64,000 nt of DNA from the NCBI RefSeq assembly GCF_018977255.1, contig NW_024704742.1:9116001-9180000 (forward strand), in the 5' to 3' direction. Within the stretch, counting starts at the first letter, position 1. Each line of letters opens with the position of its first letter. This stretch comes from Callorhinchus milii. Taxonomy: Eukaryota. Positions 1 to 11,377 of this stretch are shown here, piece by piece. The position numbers and the translations under genes are program-made. Under the pieces are notes generated by a model. That model was not told the DNA's origin. It did no database searches and saw only the letters and a program-made list of their open reading frames with translations.

Positions 1-3000
1 GGCAATAATTGCTTAGTCCGGCAAATTCAGCATGGATTGGTATTTTATATAAATTTTATATAATCGATTTGAAATCCATTACTACCCCTCTGAGGAATAA
101 ATGATTTTATTTATCTGGTAAACTGGGGAGACTTGTAGATTGAATGGGACTTTACCCTAGCCTTTGGATGAGACATTAAAACAAGGTCCTACCTGTCTGT
201 TCAGGTGGACATTTAAGATTCAATGGCACTATTCAAAAAGAGAAGGGAGTTTCTTCCCCCAGCTCGGCATCATGCTCTGCCACTGTCATGCGCTCTGGGA
301 AGTTACCCTGCATGAAGGGTGCTATATAAATGCAAGTTGTTGTTGTTGTTGTTGTATTTGAACCAGAGAGCTTCCAGTCCGTACGCAGTAGCTCTATACA
401 ATATACCAACGGGGCTGCCCTCTTAACTCCAGTCTTAATTTGGAAGACAATGTTTTACCATTCTTAAAAAGATCCAGCTTCCAAATTAAGAGTAAAAATA
501 AGAATTTACTGCATTTCTGCGTGATCTTAACCTTTTAGACAAAAAGGGGTGATACTTTAAAACCAAATGGAGTTTGAGCTTGTGGTTTTCACGACAAGTG
601 CCTGCAAATATCTTACTTTGAGGAACAAATTCCAAACTTGTAAATCTCTAGTTTCTCAGGGAATATTTGATTTCATTATATTGTTACTACACATACTAAT
701 TATGCCAAGCTATTCTTATAGCACTTGGCTACAAGTGTATGTAGTGTACTTCTAGAGCAAACATTTACTCAGCGTTCAATTTTCTGTCTTGTGTCATAAG
801 GTTACGAGTATGATCCCAACATCAGGACATAATAATATATTAATATAATAATAATCCTTGCATTTCATATAGTGCACTATACAAATGTAATTTTGTTGTT
901 GTTGTTGTTGTTTTTACCTCATTGTGTTATTGAGACATCTCACAGCGCTTCACAGGATATATTGTAAAGTGGATTGACAGTGTATTTTGTGGGCGAAACA
1001 TTGTCATTTGTTTTATATATTATTATGTATTCTCAATTACATATTGATTGATATTGATGTATTATTATGTAGGATCATAGAATCATGCAATATCGCAGCA
1101 CAGAAGGAGGCCATCTGGCCCATCGTTTCCTTGCGGCTCTTTGGAAGAACTACCTAATATATATGGTCTGATGTGACACAGCAGTGCAGTGCTGAGCGAG
1201 TTTGATTACCAATCTCCACAGATACGCAAACCCAAAGCACAGGGCAGTTCGATTTGAAACCCATCACTGCACCTCTGAGGAATAAATTATTTCATTTTTC
1301 TGGTAAACTGGGAAGAATTGTAGATTGGATGGGGCTTTACCCCATCTTCTGGATGAAAAGGTCCTGCCTGCCTATTCAGGTGGACATTAAAGATTCCATG
1401 ACACGATTCAAAAAGAGAAAGGAGTTTGTCCTAGTTTCCTGACAAACAATCCCCCAAATCAAAAAAATGGTCCTTCACTCCATGGCTGTTTGTGGGACAT
1501 TGTTGTGGCCAAATTGGCTACCATGTTCACCCACAAAACACACAATCATTACACTTTATAATATAATAATAATCCTTGTATTTGATGTAGTGCTTTTCAT
1601 GTCTTCTGGACGTCTCAAAGCACTTCACAGAATGTACTGTAAAGTGAATTGACTGTATATTTGTTGGCGAAATATATCCTCTGAAGTGCTTTGGAACAGC
1701 CTCCTGATGTGAAAGGCATTATTCCATATGCAAGGATTATTAGTTTATTATTAATCTACCCAACGTCAGTCTAATAGAATCCATTGTCTTTGTCTATCTG
1801 TTAAATTGATCCACACATAAACCCTCTCTCATCACTTAGAGACAGGTATGTTCCTGTCATCTGCCATCTCAAAATGTATTTTTTTAACCAGGCTTTCGGT
1901 CATTTTTCCCCGTTCTCCGCCATTCCAACTCGGCTCAGTTGCCCACCCAGCTGTTTGAGACATGAAAGGCGCTCTATAAATATAAATCATATTGTATCAG
2001 CAAATCCATTCTTTCAATCACCTGGAGAGTTTTTTCAATGATATGCCACTTCAATGATACCAATTATTGAAATGAGATTAGATTTTCTCACGTTTTATGT
2101 TAGTTAGCGTAACTTTTACAATTAAAACTAATTTATTACCGGACATGATCTTTGCTGTGTTCAGTACAATTGCTTCAATCACCTTCTAATTTACTAACAA
2201 GTTGAAATTCAGACCTTCAGAGGACAAATGTAGGAGAGCGCACCACTGGAAAAGAATGTGATTACACTTGCAATGCGACTAATTATACAAAACAACACCA
2301 ACAGATTGCATTTATATAGTATCTTTCATGTCAGGAGGATGTCCCAAGTCGCTGGACAGTCAAGAGTTTGAATCCAAGCTGGGGGTTGGATGCAGAAGGG
2401 AAGGGGGGGGCAAGTCGTGGGGGGGGGGGGGGGGAATGACCGAAGGCACAGTCAAAGAGAAAATCTTGAAGAGGCCAAGTAAAGAGACTCAAGGCTGAAG
2501 GCCTGACTGCTGTTGGTGGGGTGGAAAACACCTTCTTTTTTAAAGTATGTATACACAGTTATACTAGTTACTCTTGATATACATCGAGCCCTGAAACATT
2601 TATAACAGAACTAGTTGTGTGTGTTATAGAAAATGTCATAAAATGTGATTATGAAAATGATAAGTAGACAAATAACGTGCCTGTGTTTGTACAATCCAAA
2701 CCTCATGTTACACAATCTGAACCACATGTTGAGTTAATATCTAAGTATTCTGCAGGATAAAAGTGTCCACAGGGGATCATTGATTCCATAAACTTCAAAA
2801 GCTTCATGTCTTGTTGCGTGGCCAAGTTAAGAATCATGTGCTGGTTTGATATGAAAGAAAACCTTTCTTTGGTGGCCAGAGAGAGGAGATGCAGGACAGA
2901 GATAATTTGTGTCAAGCATTTATGCCAAACGTATGGTAAGAGTGAGCAATCTTTGTTTACCTTGTATTACAAACTGGTTTCTTAAAAAATTATAAATCAA

Positions 3001-3239
3001 CATTCATAAAGAAGTATTGGGATGCAGAATCATTTTTTGAAGTATAAATCTGCTAATGTATAAGCCAATGTATAAAGTCAGGCTGAAAATATTTTTATAG
3101 AATCCAGGTGTGATATCCAATTTGAGGAATTGAATATTTTGTGTTATCTCCCAATAATATGCGCTACAGCGTTCTTTACATTGACATCAGCTCAACTACT
3201 CAATCATTTCTTCTGTGTGAATGCTTCTATTACCCATAA

Positions 3240-3565
3240 TAAGAATAACACTTGCATTTGATATAGCACCTTATCACATTGTCAGACATCACATATCACT
3301 TCACACAAAATACTGTAAAGTGGATTGACTGTATTTTGAGGGCGAAACACAACAGCCACAGCAATGTCCCACAACAGCCGTGAGATGGATACCCAATTTT
3401 ATTTGTAGGACAAACTTGGAGAAACTCCTTTCATTTTTTGAATATGGCCATGAGATTTTTCACGTCCACCTGTACAGGCAAATAGTTTAACGTCTTATCT
3501 GAAGGACAGCACCTCCGACAATGAACCCCTCCCAGCACTGAATTAGAGTGGCATCTTCGACTATA
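3240..3565 (-). mobile_element. Deu-domain SINE fragment
   Basis: Same blocks as 34407-34843. Confidence 0.7.
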
Positions 3566-3621
3566 TGATCCTGATACCAGTTAATCCTATTTTCTAAGAC
3601 AGAGATTTATTGTTTAGTGAC

Positions 3622-3998
3622 AATAATAATATAATAATGCTTGCATTGATATGGCGCCTTATCACGTCTTCAAAACGTCTCAAAACGCTTCACAGAATAT
3701 ACTGTAAAGTGAATTGACTGTATACTTTGTGGATGAAACGCGGCAGCCAATTGCACACAGCAGCGTCCCACAAACAGTCATGGATTGAGTGGCTATTATT
3801 TTTACTTATTTTGAAGGAATTATTACCGCCAGAAAGGTTATCTGCCAATTGACTAACAACTGGGTTTCTACTTACTGCTAGGTAAACAGAGGCGCATGGA
3901 GTAAGGAAACTTGCCCAACGTTTCACCCTGCCGGGAATCAAACCCAGGGTCCTCTGGCTTGCGAGACTAGTGCTCTAACCACTGAGCTACAGGACTCC
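3622..3998 (-). mobile_element. tRNA-Ala-derived SINE, long subfamily, full length
   Basis: The minus strand has a GGAGTCCTGTAGCTCAGTGGTTAGAGC head with A/B boxes, a CORE-like block, a Deu-like block and an (ATT)n tail. Many paralogous copies occur in the window. Confidence 0.9.
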
Positions 3999-6599
3999 AA
4001 TGTAACTGTATGATGAAAAAAGAGTTACATTACGAAAGTCAGATTGTAGTTAGCATCTACCTGTATCCTGTATTTACAGATGGCACTTTCTGAGGAGACT
4101 TAAGAGAGATATCTTAATAGAGAATGGCTCTACAGAGGCTTATTGGATTGGAGTGCCAATTAGTGATGTTCAATTGCGAATTGCGGACAACAGTGTCCCA
4201 CAAAAGAGTCGTTGATTGAAGGAAACTTGCCCAACATTTCACCCTGCCCAGGAATCAAACTCAGGGTGTTGTGGAAAACAATGTGGTTTCTGCGTGCCTT
4301 GAGTGGATAGAATTTTTTTGGGAGGTGATGGGCGAGCAACTTATTTCGAGCAATTCACTATTATTGCTGCTGAAGTTTGATTCAACTTCTTTCTTTTCTG
4401 CTAATGGTTTCCATCATGGTCAATGATTTGGGATTACAGATCAGGCTGATATTTTACCCCCCCTTGAGATTGCTAATCATGGCATTTTGCCTGAACCTGG
4501 AAGATAACCTATATTTCCCTATATTTACAATGCACAGCACTGTATTTGGAAACCTATTGCAGTGACTCAGAACCAAATCTTTGCTGACTCAACAATTAAT
4601 GATAAATAACATTTTTTTGCAAGGACACTGATTGCCAGGAAATTACAATGTACAAAAAGACAGGACAAAAACAGGCCATTTGGCCCATCAATCCTGTGGT
4701 GGTGTTTTCCATGACATGAGCCATTAGGTCTATTCCCACTCTCGTGCTCATTCACTTTCAAAATCATTGTGGACTCATGCTCAACAGTTTGTGGAAGAGA
4801 ATTTCACATTCTAACCACTCTCTGTGTTGAGACTTTGTTTCTAATCTCCCCTTTTTAATTTATGTGATTGCCTTGAATGATTTTAATTTATTTAGTGACT
4901 TAACAATCAGTGGAAATAGTGGAAATTCCATGTGACATGTTACTGGCTAAGCTTCTCAGCCCTATTGAAAACCACCTTAATGTTCAAGAATCTGTCACTT
5001 TAAATTGACTTTAGAGTAGTATCCCTAAGACTGTGTCTTACTCGCCTGCAAATCAGCATCTCCCCTGACCTTGTGATATTTATGAACTCGGTGTTTATGG
5101 GAAATAATAGATGCAATAGTTCTTAATCCTTTGTGTCCTTTAAAATTCCAAAAGCTGTGCTATTTCTGTGAATTTTTGGTGGTGCTTGCTGGGGGAGGTG
5201 GGTGGGGTGCGGAGGGGGGGGGGAACACATTCGTAGAGTATTAGACACAGCCTGGCAAGACTCTGCTTTGGGGGTAACTGCTTGAGACTAACAGCTGAAG
5301 CTTCATACTTTGCCATTGCAAGGATTATCTAGCAAGCTTTCCTGCTGCTTGTCCAGCTAGGACCACCCGACCCTTTTAGGGCTTTGGCTTGCAGAGTGAG
5401 TGGGATGAACCCCTGATGAGCCAGGCAGGCAATGCAGTGCCCTGGAATAATGCAGACCAGCCTCGCTCAGGAACTGGACTAGAGACCGTCACAGAGAGTT
5501 GATTCAATTCCAACATTCCATTGTCCAGCCAGTTCAGCTCCACAGGGTCCCAGCTTTCTTTTAAAGATTACAATAATACAAATTGTCATTTTATTACTTG
5601 TAATCCTGAGGTCTCCTGGTTGGGATATTGCTTGCTCAATTTGTACGACTGATGAATATCATGCATAATGATATTAAGGATAGATTTTGCAGTTTTGTGA
5701 GTGGGAAAGAATGTGGAAAAGTTCTTAATACGTCTTTGCTGGTAAGTCAGCATGATGTGCAAGTGATGCCTGAAGTTTTTTTTGATGGCACCAAAATGAG
5801 AATGACCTCACCGGAACATCTATTTCCAAGCGCAATTGAAAACCCCTGCCAATAACTGCCCAATGCCAACAAAGTCTCTCTGTCCCAAAGCAATGAGAAA
5901 TATAACTCTATTAATACTGAGGTACTAAAACATGCAGTATATCAACTCCTAGTACGTTTATATGCAATAAAGAGAGACTAAAACAAGCACTACATTAAAT
6001 ACTAATCATTTCATATGCAGTGAAGAAGAAAGACCTACAAGATATAGAAAGATTGTTGTGGTGCATGGATTCATCTTTAGTAAATAATGGAAAACATACA
6101 ATAATGCTTGTATTTGATATAGTGCCTTTTCATGTCTTCGAAATGTCTCAAAGTGCTTCACAGATTATACTGCAAAGTGAATTGACTGCATATTTTGTGG
6201 ACAAAATATAAATTTCTTCAATCAATTGTTACTCTCAGCAACTACACCATGTAATATTAATAATGATCCTTGCATTTGATATAGCACCTTATCATGTCTT
6301 CCAGACATCTAAAAACACTTCTCAAAGTGTGGTGACTGTGTATTTTGTGGGCGAAATGAGGCAGCCAATTGCACACAGTACTGTGCTACAGGACTCCATC
6401 CTGGACATCATTTCAATGGCTACATCACCAATGCTTAACTTGTTCGAGTAACTTAAATCTTACAACTTGTAGTGAACATGACCACCAGCAATAATTTATC
6501 TTGTTATAGTGACTCACACATCAGGAGGACATCTCAGATGAAAAGGCACCCTGATCTGAGCTGAACATGGCATTTGACCGAAGAAAGATAGAGCTCATC

Positions 6600-7005
6600 C
6601 AGGACTTGGTATCTGACAGGTAATTAGTTGTAACAGCATTGGTCCTAAAAGCGATGGTAGAGGAGAGAGATAGAGTTGATTTTCATTTGCGTACACGTGG
6701 AAGTGGAGCCCATGTCTGTGAATGATGTTATCAGTTGGAGCATAAAGCTGGTTAAAAGGAGAGAACCCAAGGATCGAGGCCTGAAGAACACATAGCATGC
6801 GACTGCACGTGAGAGGGGAAAAGTCATTGAAAGAGATAAAATCTAGAACCTGGAGCAGGTAAGAGTGAAAGGAGAAAGGGACAGACCTATGGAGGTGGAG
6901 CAAGGAGGAGAGATGATGGAGAAGGATCCAATGGTCAACAGTGTCGAGGGTGGCAGAGATGTGGAAGAGAGCAAGGAGGTCAGAGAACCAGAGAGCCAGA
7001 AAAAG
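6600..7005 (-). mobile_element. L2 LINE reverse transcriptase fragment, degenerate
   Basis: Translation ISATLDTVDH, VLQASILG and FHVYANENQLY corresponds to LSAAFDTVDH, VPQGSILG and YADDTQLY. Confidence 0.8.
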
Positions 7006-8035
7006 CCTGTATAATATTATCAATGCATGTGAGAGAATCAGAGGTTCAAATTCAATTACGTGGATTAGTTGACAAGTCAGAAAACCACTTAAGCTTTGCT
7101 TTCAGCTTTTTGATTGAAACTTCTCATTTCACAGCATCCCGGTAATTTACTGCCAGGTGCACATTTCTCTTGAGATTTCAGTCCTTGGATCTTAAGTAAT
7201 CTTGGTATTTATTACTGTGTCCCTAATAACTTTATTTGTAAAGTAAATAATTTGCTTGAAATCTTACTTAAGTGTAGTTCATTGAGGTCGAATATTCAGT
7301 GGTGTAGCGTCTTAGTGATGTTCAAATTTTTTAAGAAAATGTATTTTAGAATCATACATACTAGTACGGATTTATAAACTAAGTCGGAAACTTGGATTCA
7401 TCCTTCCTATTCACTATTTTGGTACACATTGACTGAAGTGGATCCAGAAAATCATCCTGCTAAATTGACAAAACTGCAAAATCAATGAAACCAGTAAATT
7501 GACCAGTATGATGCTGTTAGATTTACAGAATCATTTGCTAAATGAGCCCATGTTTTACCAGTATACAGAAACACAGAAACGTAGAAACAGGAGAAGGCCA
7601 TTCAGCCCCTCGAGCCACCATTCTATAAGATCATGGCTGATCTGTACCTCAAGTCCAATTACCAGCCCTTGTCCAGTATCCCTTAATACTCTGACCTAAC
7701 AAATATCAATCCACCTCTGTTTTGAAGATGAAGGGTATGGTGGCCACAGTGGAAACCCAAGCAGTTGATGAGATAGCAGCAAGTCAGCAGTGATGGTGTT
7801 AAAGATTAAAAGTCCTGGAGCAAGTACCTTGACATAAAACACTGCTAACAAATACCAGTTGTGAAAACACTGTTTATGGGTTTTTCATCTCAATGGATGT
7901 TCACCAATCCAGATAACACTGACTGAAAAATACTACAGAAACATCAGAGCTTTATGGCATTGTTACCAGGCTTGGAAGGAAACAAGATGCAAAGGTCTTA
8001 TCAGTAAAGTATTTAAGTATCCCAACATGATTTAT

Positions 8036-8428
8036 GGAGTCCTGTAGCTCCATGGTTAGAGGACTCGCCTCGCAAGCGAGAGGACATGGGTTTTGATTCC
8101 CTGCAGAGTAAAATGTTAGGCAAGTTTCCTTACTCCACGTGTCTCTGTTTACCTAGCAGTAAGTAGGAACCCGGTTATTAGTCGATTGGTGGATTGCTTT
8201 GCTGGGGGCAATAATCCCTTCAAAAAATAATAATAATTTGTTCACTCAATCCACAACTGTTTGTAGGATGCTGCTGTGCGCAATTAGCTGCCACGTAGCA
8301 TCCACAACATTTACAATCAATTCACTTTACAGTATATTCTGTGAAACACTTTGAGGCGTCTTGAAGACATGATAAGGTGCTGTATCAAATGCAAGGATTA
8401 TTATTGATAATTATTAATTATTATTATT
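8036..8428 (+). mobile_element. tRNA-Ala-derived SINE, long subfamily, full length
   Basis: Head with anticodon arm CTCGC-CTCGCAA-GCGAG, body as in the other copies, ATT tail. Confidence 0.9.
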
Positions 8429-8870
8429 GTCACCGACCTTTGCCACCCCAGCTCTCACTCCATTTAGGTAATAAGTATAAGTATAAGGTATTTAGAGACA
8501 ACCAGTAATAAAGTGCGGTATCAAATGTAATCATTATTATTGTTGTTGTGTCAGTGGCATATGTCTCTTGAACTCTTAGTCTAGTTTAGATACTCAGCAT
8601 TGGTGATGGTTTCTGCATTTGTTAGATATGAAAAGAAAATGTTCAAAAGTGAAATTGGAAATTGCAGTGCAGGTTATGAACAGAGTAATATATTCAGCTC
8701 TGCTATTGACAGACCCCCCGCCACCCGCCACCCTCCCGTACCCGTAAAATTGAATAAATTAATTCAAAGTTCTTAATACCTCTTGTATAAGCTACTGACA
8801 AACGAATGCTCTCCTGATTCAGTAACCTCTTAGGTGTTGGGCTTTCACTGCCCCAATAAAAATACATAAA

Positions 8871-9230
8871 AATAATCCTTGTATTTGATACAGTGCCTTA
8901 TCATGCGTTTGAGAAGTCTCAAAGCACTTCACAGAATATACCGTAAAGTGAATTGACTGTATATTTTGTGGGTGAAACTAGGCAACCAATTGCACACAGC
9001 AGTGTCCCACAAACAGGCGTGGATTGGATGACCAAATTATTACTGGTAGTATTTTTTTAATCCCTGGAAAGCAATTCGCCAATTGACTAACAACTGGATT
9101 CCTACTCAATGCTAGGTAAACAGAGGAGTGTGGAGTAAGGAAACTTGCCTCAGGTTTCACCCTGCCCGGGAATCAAACCCAGGTCCTCTTGCTTTGAGAG
9201 GCGAATGCACTAACCACTAAGGTGTAGGAT
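8871..9230 (-). mobile_element. tRNA-Ala-derived SINE, long subfamily
   Basis: Reverse-complement match to 8036-8428. Confidence 0.85.
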
Positions 9231-9761
9231 TAGTTATAAATGAATGATCCAACTGCAGCCAACGTGCCTATTTCAATGTGTTTTGTTTCCAAAGAGGGAG
9301 AGACTAACACGTTCTTTGGAAGTTCTGTTCTTAGAAGCAGAGCACATTGCACCTGCTGGCAAGTAAGGTGTTAGGCTGATTACAGGATACAACTCGCACC
9401 GGTGCTGTAGCTATTGACAGAGAAAGGGAGGGGGAGACAGAGAGAGAGAGGAAAGGGAAAAGCAGGAGAGTGTGGAATATATAACAACTTGCATTTATAT
9501 AACGCCCTTCACACCCCCCGAAACTAAGAGAATAAAAAGCGAATGGGTGATATGGAAATCACAGAGAAGATGTGGAGGAAAGAGATGAAAGAAAAGATGA
9601 AAAAACGAGGAAAGGAAACGGAACAAAAGACGCGGAAGCAGAGATGGAAGGAGCGGGTTCAGATTGCGCAATGGGGTGGGAGAGAGATAATAGTAAAAAA
9701 AAAAGGGGGAGGATGGAAAGCCGAGTCGGTGAGGACAGAGTGAGGGGAGATCAACGCAAAA

Positions 9762-10000
9762 AATAATAATAATCCTTGCGTTTGATACAGCGGCTTATCA
9801 CGTCTTTGAGACGTCTCAAAACGCTTCACAGAATATTCTGTAAAGTGAATTGACCGCATATTTTTGTGGGTGAAACACGGCAGCCAATTGCGCACAACAG
9901 TGTCCCACAAACAGTCGTGGATTGATAATAATAATTTGTTATTATTATAAATTTTTTTGAAGGAATTATTACCCCCGGAAAAGTGATCCTCCAATTGACT
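9762..10000 (-). mobile_element. 5'-truncated copy of the tRNA-Ala SINE
   Basis: Tail and Deu-like block present, head absent. Confidence 0.85.
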
Positions 10001-10329
10001 AAATAAGAAAACAGGGATGCAATAAAAGTGAAAGAGGCGTAGAAGGTAAATGAGCCAAGCGGGTGAGATGAGGCACCGAGATAAAAGAGAGTGTGTGGGG
10101 GGAACTGTATCCATCCAAAAGAAAAAGAAAGATAGAGGGGAAGGTGGATTGAAAGAGGTAAAGGAGGGTGTGAGCAAGAGAGTGAGGATGCATTGCAATG
10201 AGAGGAGAGGAGCAATGAGACTTGGGAATCTCCTGCTATAACAACTCCTGCCCCACCTTCTGATCAGCACCAACACTGTCCCACAACAAGCTCTCTGTCA
10301 CTCCACTCCACCAGTTCATTAGTAGTATT

Positions 10330-10566
10330 ATTGGCTTTCTTTTTTTTATCTCTTTCACACACACACTCTCTCTCTCTCTCTCTCTGTCTCTCCATCCCCA
10401 ATACACACTGCACAACCTCTGCCTTCATCCCTCCTCTCTCTCTCATCCCTCATCCCTCCCACTTCCCGGGTTTACCTTGTACTGTACTCACCAAACAAAA
10501 CAAGGAAACATTCCCCTTTTTCCTCTCTCTCTCTCTCTCTCCCTCCCTCTGTCTTTCTCTCCCTCC

Positions 10567-10601
<35 letters not shown>

Positions 10602-10680
10602 CCTCTGTCTCTGCCAGAGACTGGCTCTCGTCTGATCTCCCCCCATCCTCACACACTCCATCCATCCCTCCCTCCCTCCC

Positions 10681-10717
<37 letters not shown>

Positions 10718-10718
10718 G
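10330..10718 (+). promoter_or_regulatory. Polypyrimidine (CT)n/(CCT)n tract ending in (CA)n directly upstream of the ATG; probable promoter/5'UTR
   Basis: Several (CT)n runs (about 10367-10390, 10522-10610, 10680-10701) followed by (CA)n up to the start codon. The regulatory role is inferred from position only. Confidence 0.45.
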
Positions 10719-10719
10719 C

Positions 10720-11377
10720 ATGAAGTTGACAGTGTTGTGGCTGCTGTTGCTCTGTGTGACATTGCTCTTCTGCCCACGACTCCTGGCTCAGGTCTCAATA
10801 GAGGAGAAGGTGGTGGCTTCAACCACAGCCACAGACACAGCCACAGCAGCTAAAGCCACAGCCACAGCCACAGCAGCTAAAGCCACAGCCACAGCCACAG
10901 CAGCTAAAGCCACAGCCACAGTCACGTCTGCAACAATTAAAGGCTCCGCTCCATCTCCAGCCACAGCCACAGCATCTCCAGCCCCCGCTACCTGCCCGCC
11001 CTCAGGCTCAGTGCAGGATCTGGCCGGCAGCTCCCGGGTGGTCATTGAGGGGAAGGTCCAAGCGCTGCTGCTGTCTGGCCAGGAGCAGGAGGAGCAGGAG
11101 CAGGAGCAGGAGGGCAGGGCTCTGGGTCCCAGGGTCAGGGTGAAGGTCCGGCAGGTGTGGCGGCTGAAGGCTGGTGGTTTGCAGAGGGAGCGGCTGGTGT
11201 GGGTGCGGGTATCTGCGGGTTGGGCGCTGCTGCCGGGCTGCCTGCAGACGGGCATCAGGTACATCTTCTTCATGGAGCCCACCGGGCAGGCGACCACCTT
11301 CCAGGCCACCCACCCACCCCTGCACAGCACCAGGAGCGTCAGGAAGGACATCAGCAGGTTCCTGTGCCAGGGATGTG
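10720..11377 (+). CDS. NRG1: First coding exon of a neuregulin, NRG1 type II (GGF2)-like: signal peptide, Thr/Ala-rich linker and type II/NRG2 N-terminal domain. Partial gene; paralog assignment not certain.
   Basis: ATG with A at -3, then hydrophobic leader MKLTVLWLLLLCVTLLFCPRLLA. Motifs SGSVQDLA..VVIEGKV, VKVRQVWRLKAGGL, RYIFFMEP and F.A..PPL...RKDISRFLCQGC match recalled GGF2 motifs (SVGSVQELAQRAAVVIEGKV, VKVHQVWAVKAGGL, RYIFFMEP, LKKEVSRVLCKRC). The exon ends TGT G|GTAAGT (phase 1), the position where the type II exon joins the Ig exon. Codon usage is GC-rich against an AT-rich background. Confidence 0.85.
10840..10920 (+). repeat. Coding tandem repeat, 3 x 27 nt, encoding (ATAAKATAT)3
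   Basis: gccacagcagctaaagccacagccaca repeated exactly at 10840, 10867 and 10894. Confidence 0.95.

Noticed and set aside
5413..5435. Hammerhead-like CTGATGA-GCC..GGC
   Set aside because: No GAAA follows the stem, and the paralogous copy near 47540-47560 does not conserve the core.
8036..8110. tRNA-Ala genes at the SINE heads
   Set aside because: Each head is degenerate, lacks a proper acceptor stem and continues into a SINE body, so these are SINE promoters, not tRNA genes.
9543..10723. ORFs upstream of the exon (including the 205-aa and 130-aa ORFs)
   Set aside because: Made of purine/pyrimidine low-complexity sequence and SINE sequence; no coding signature.
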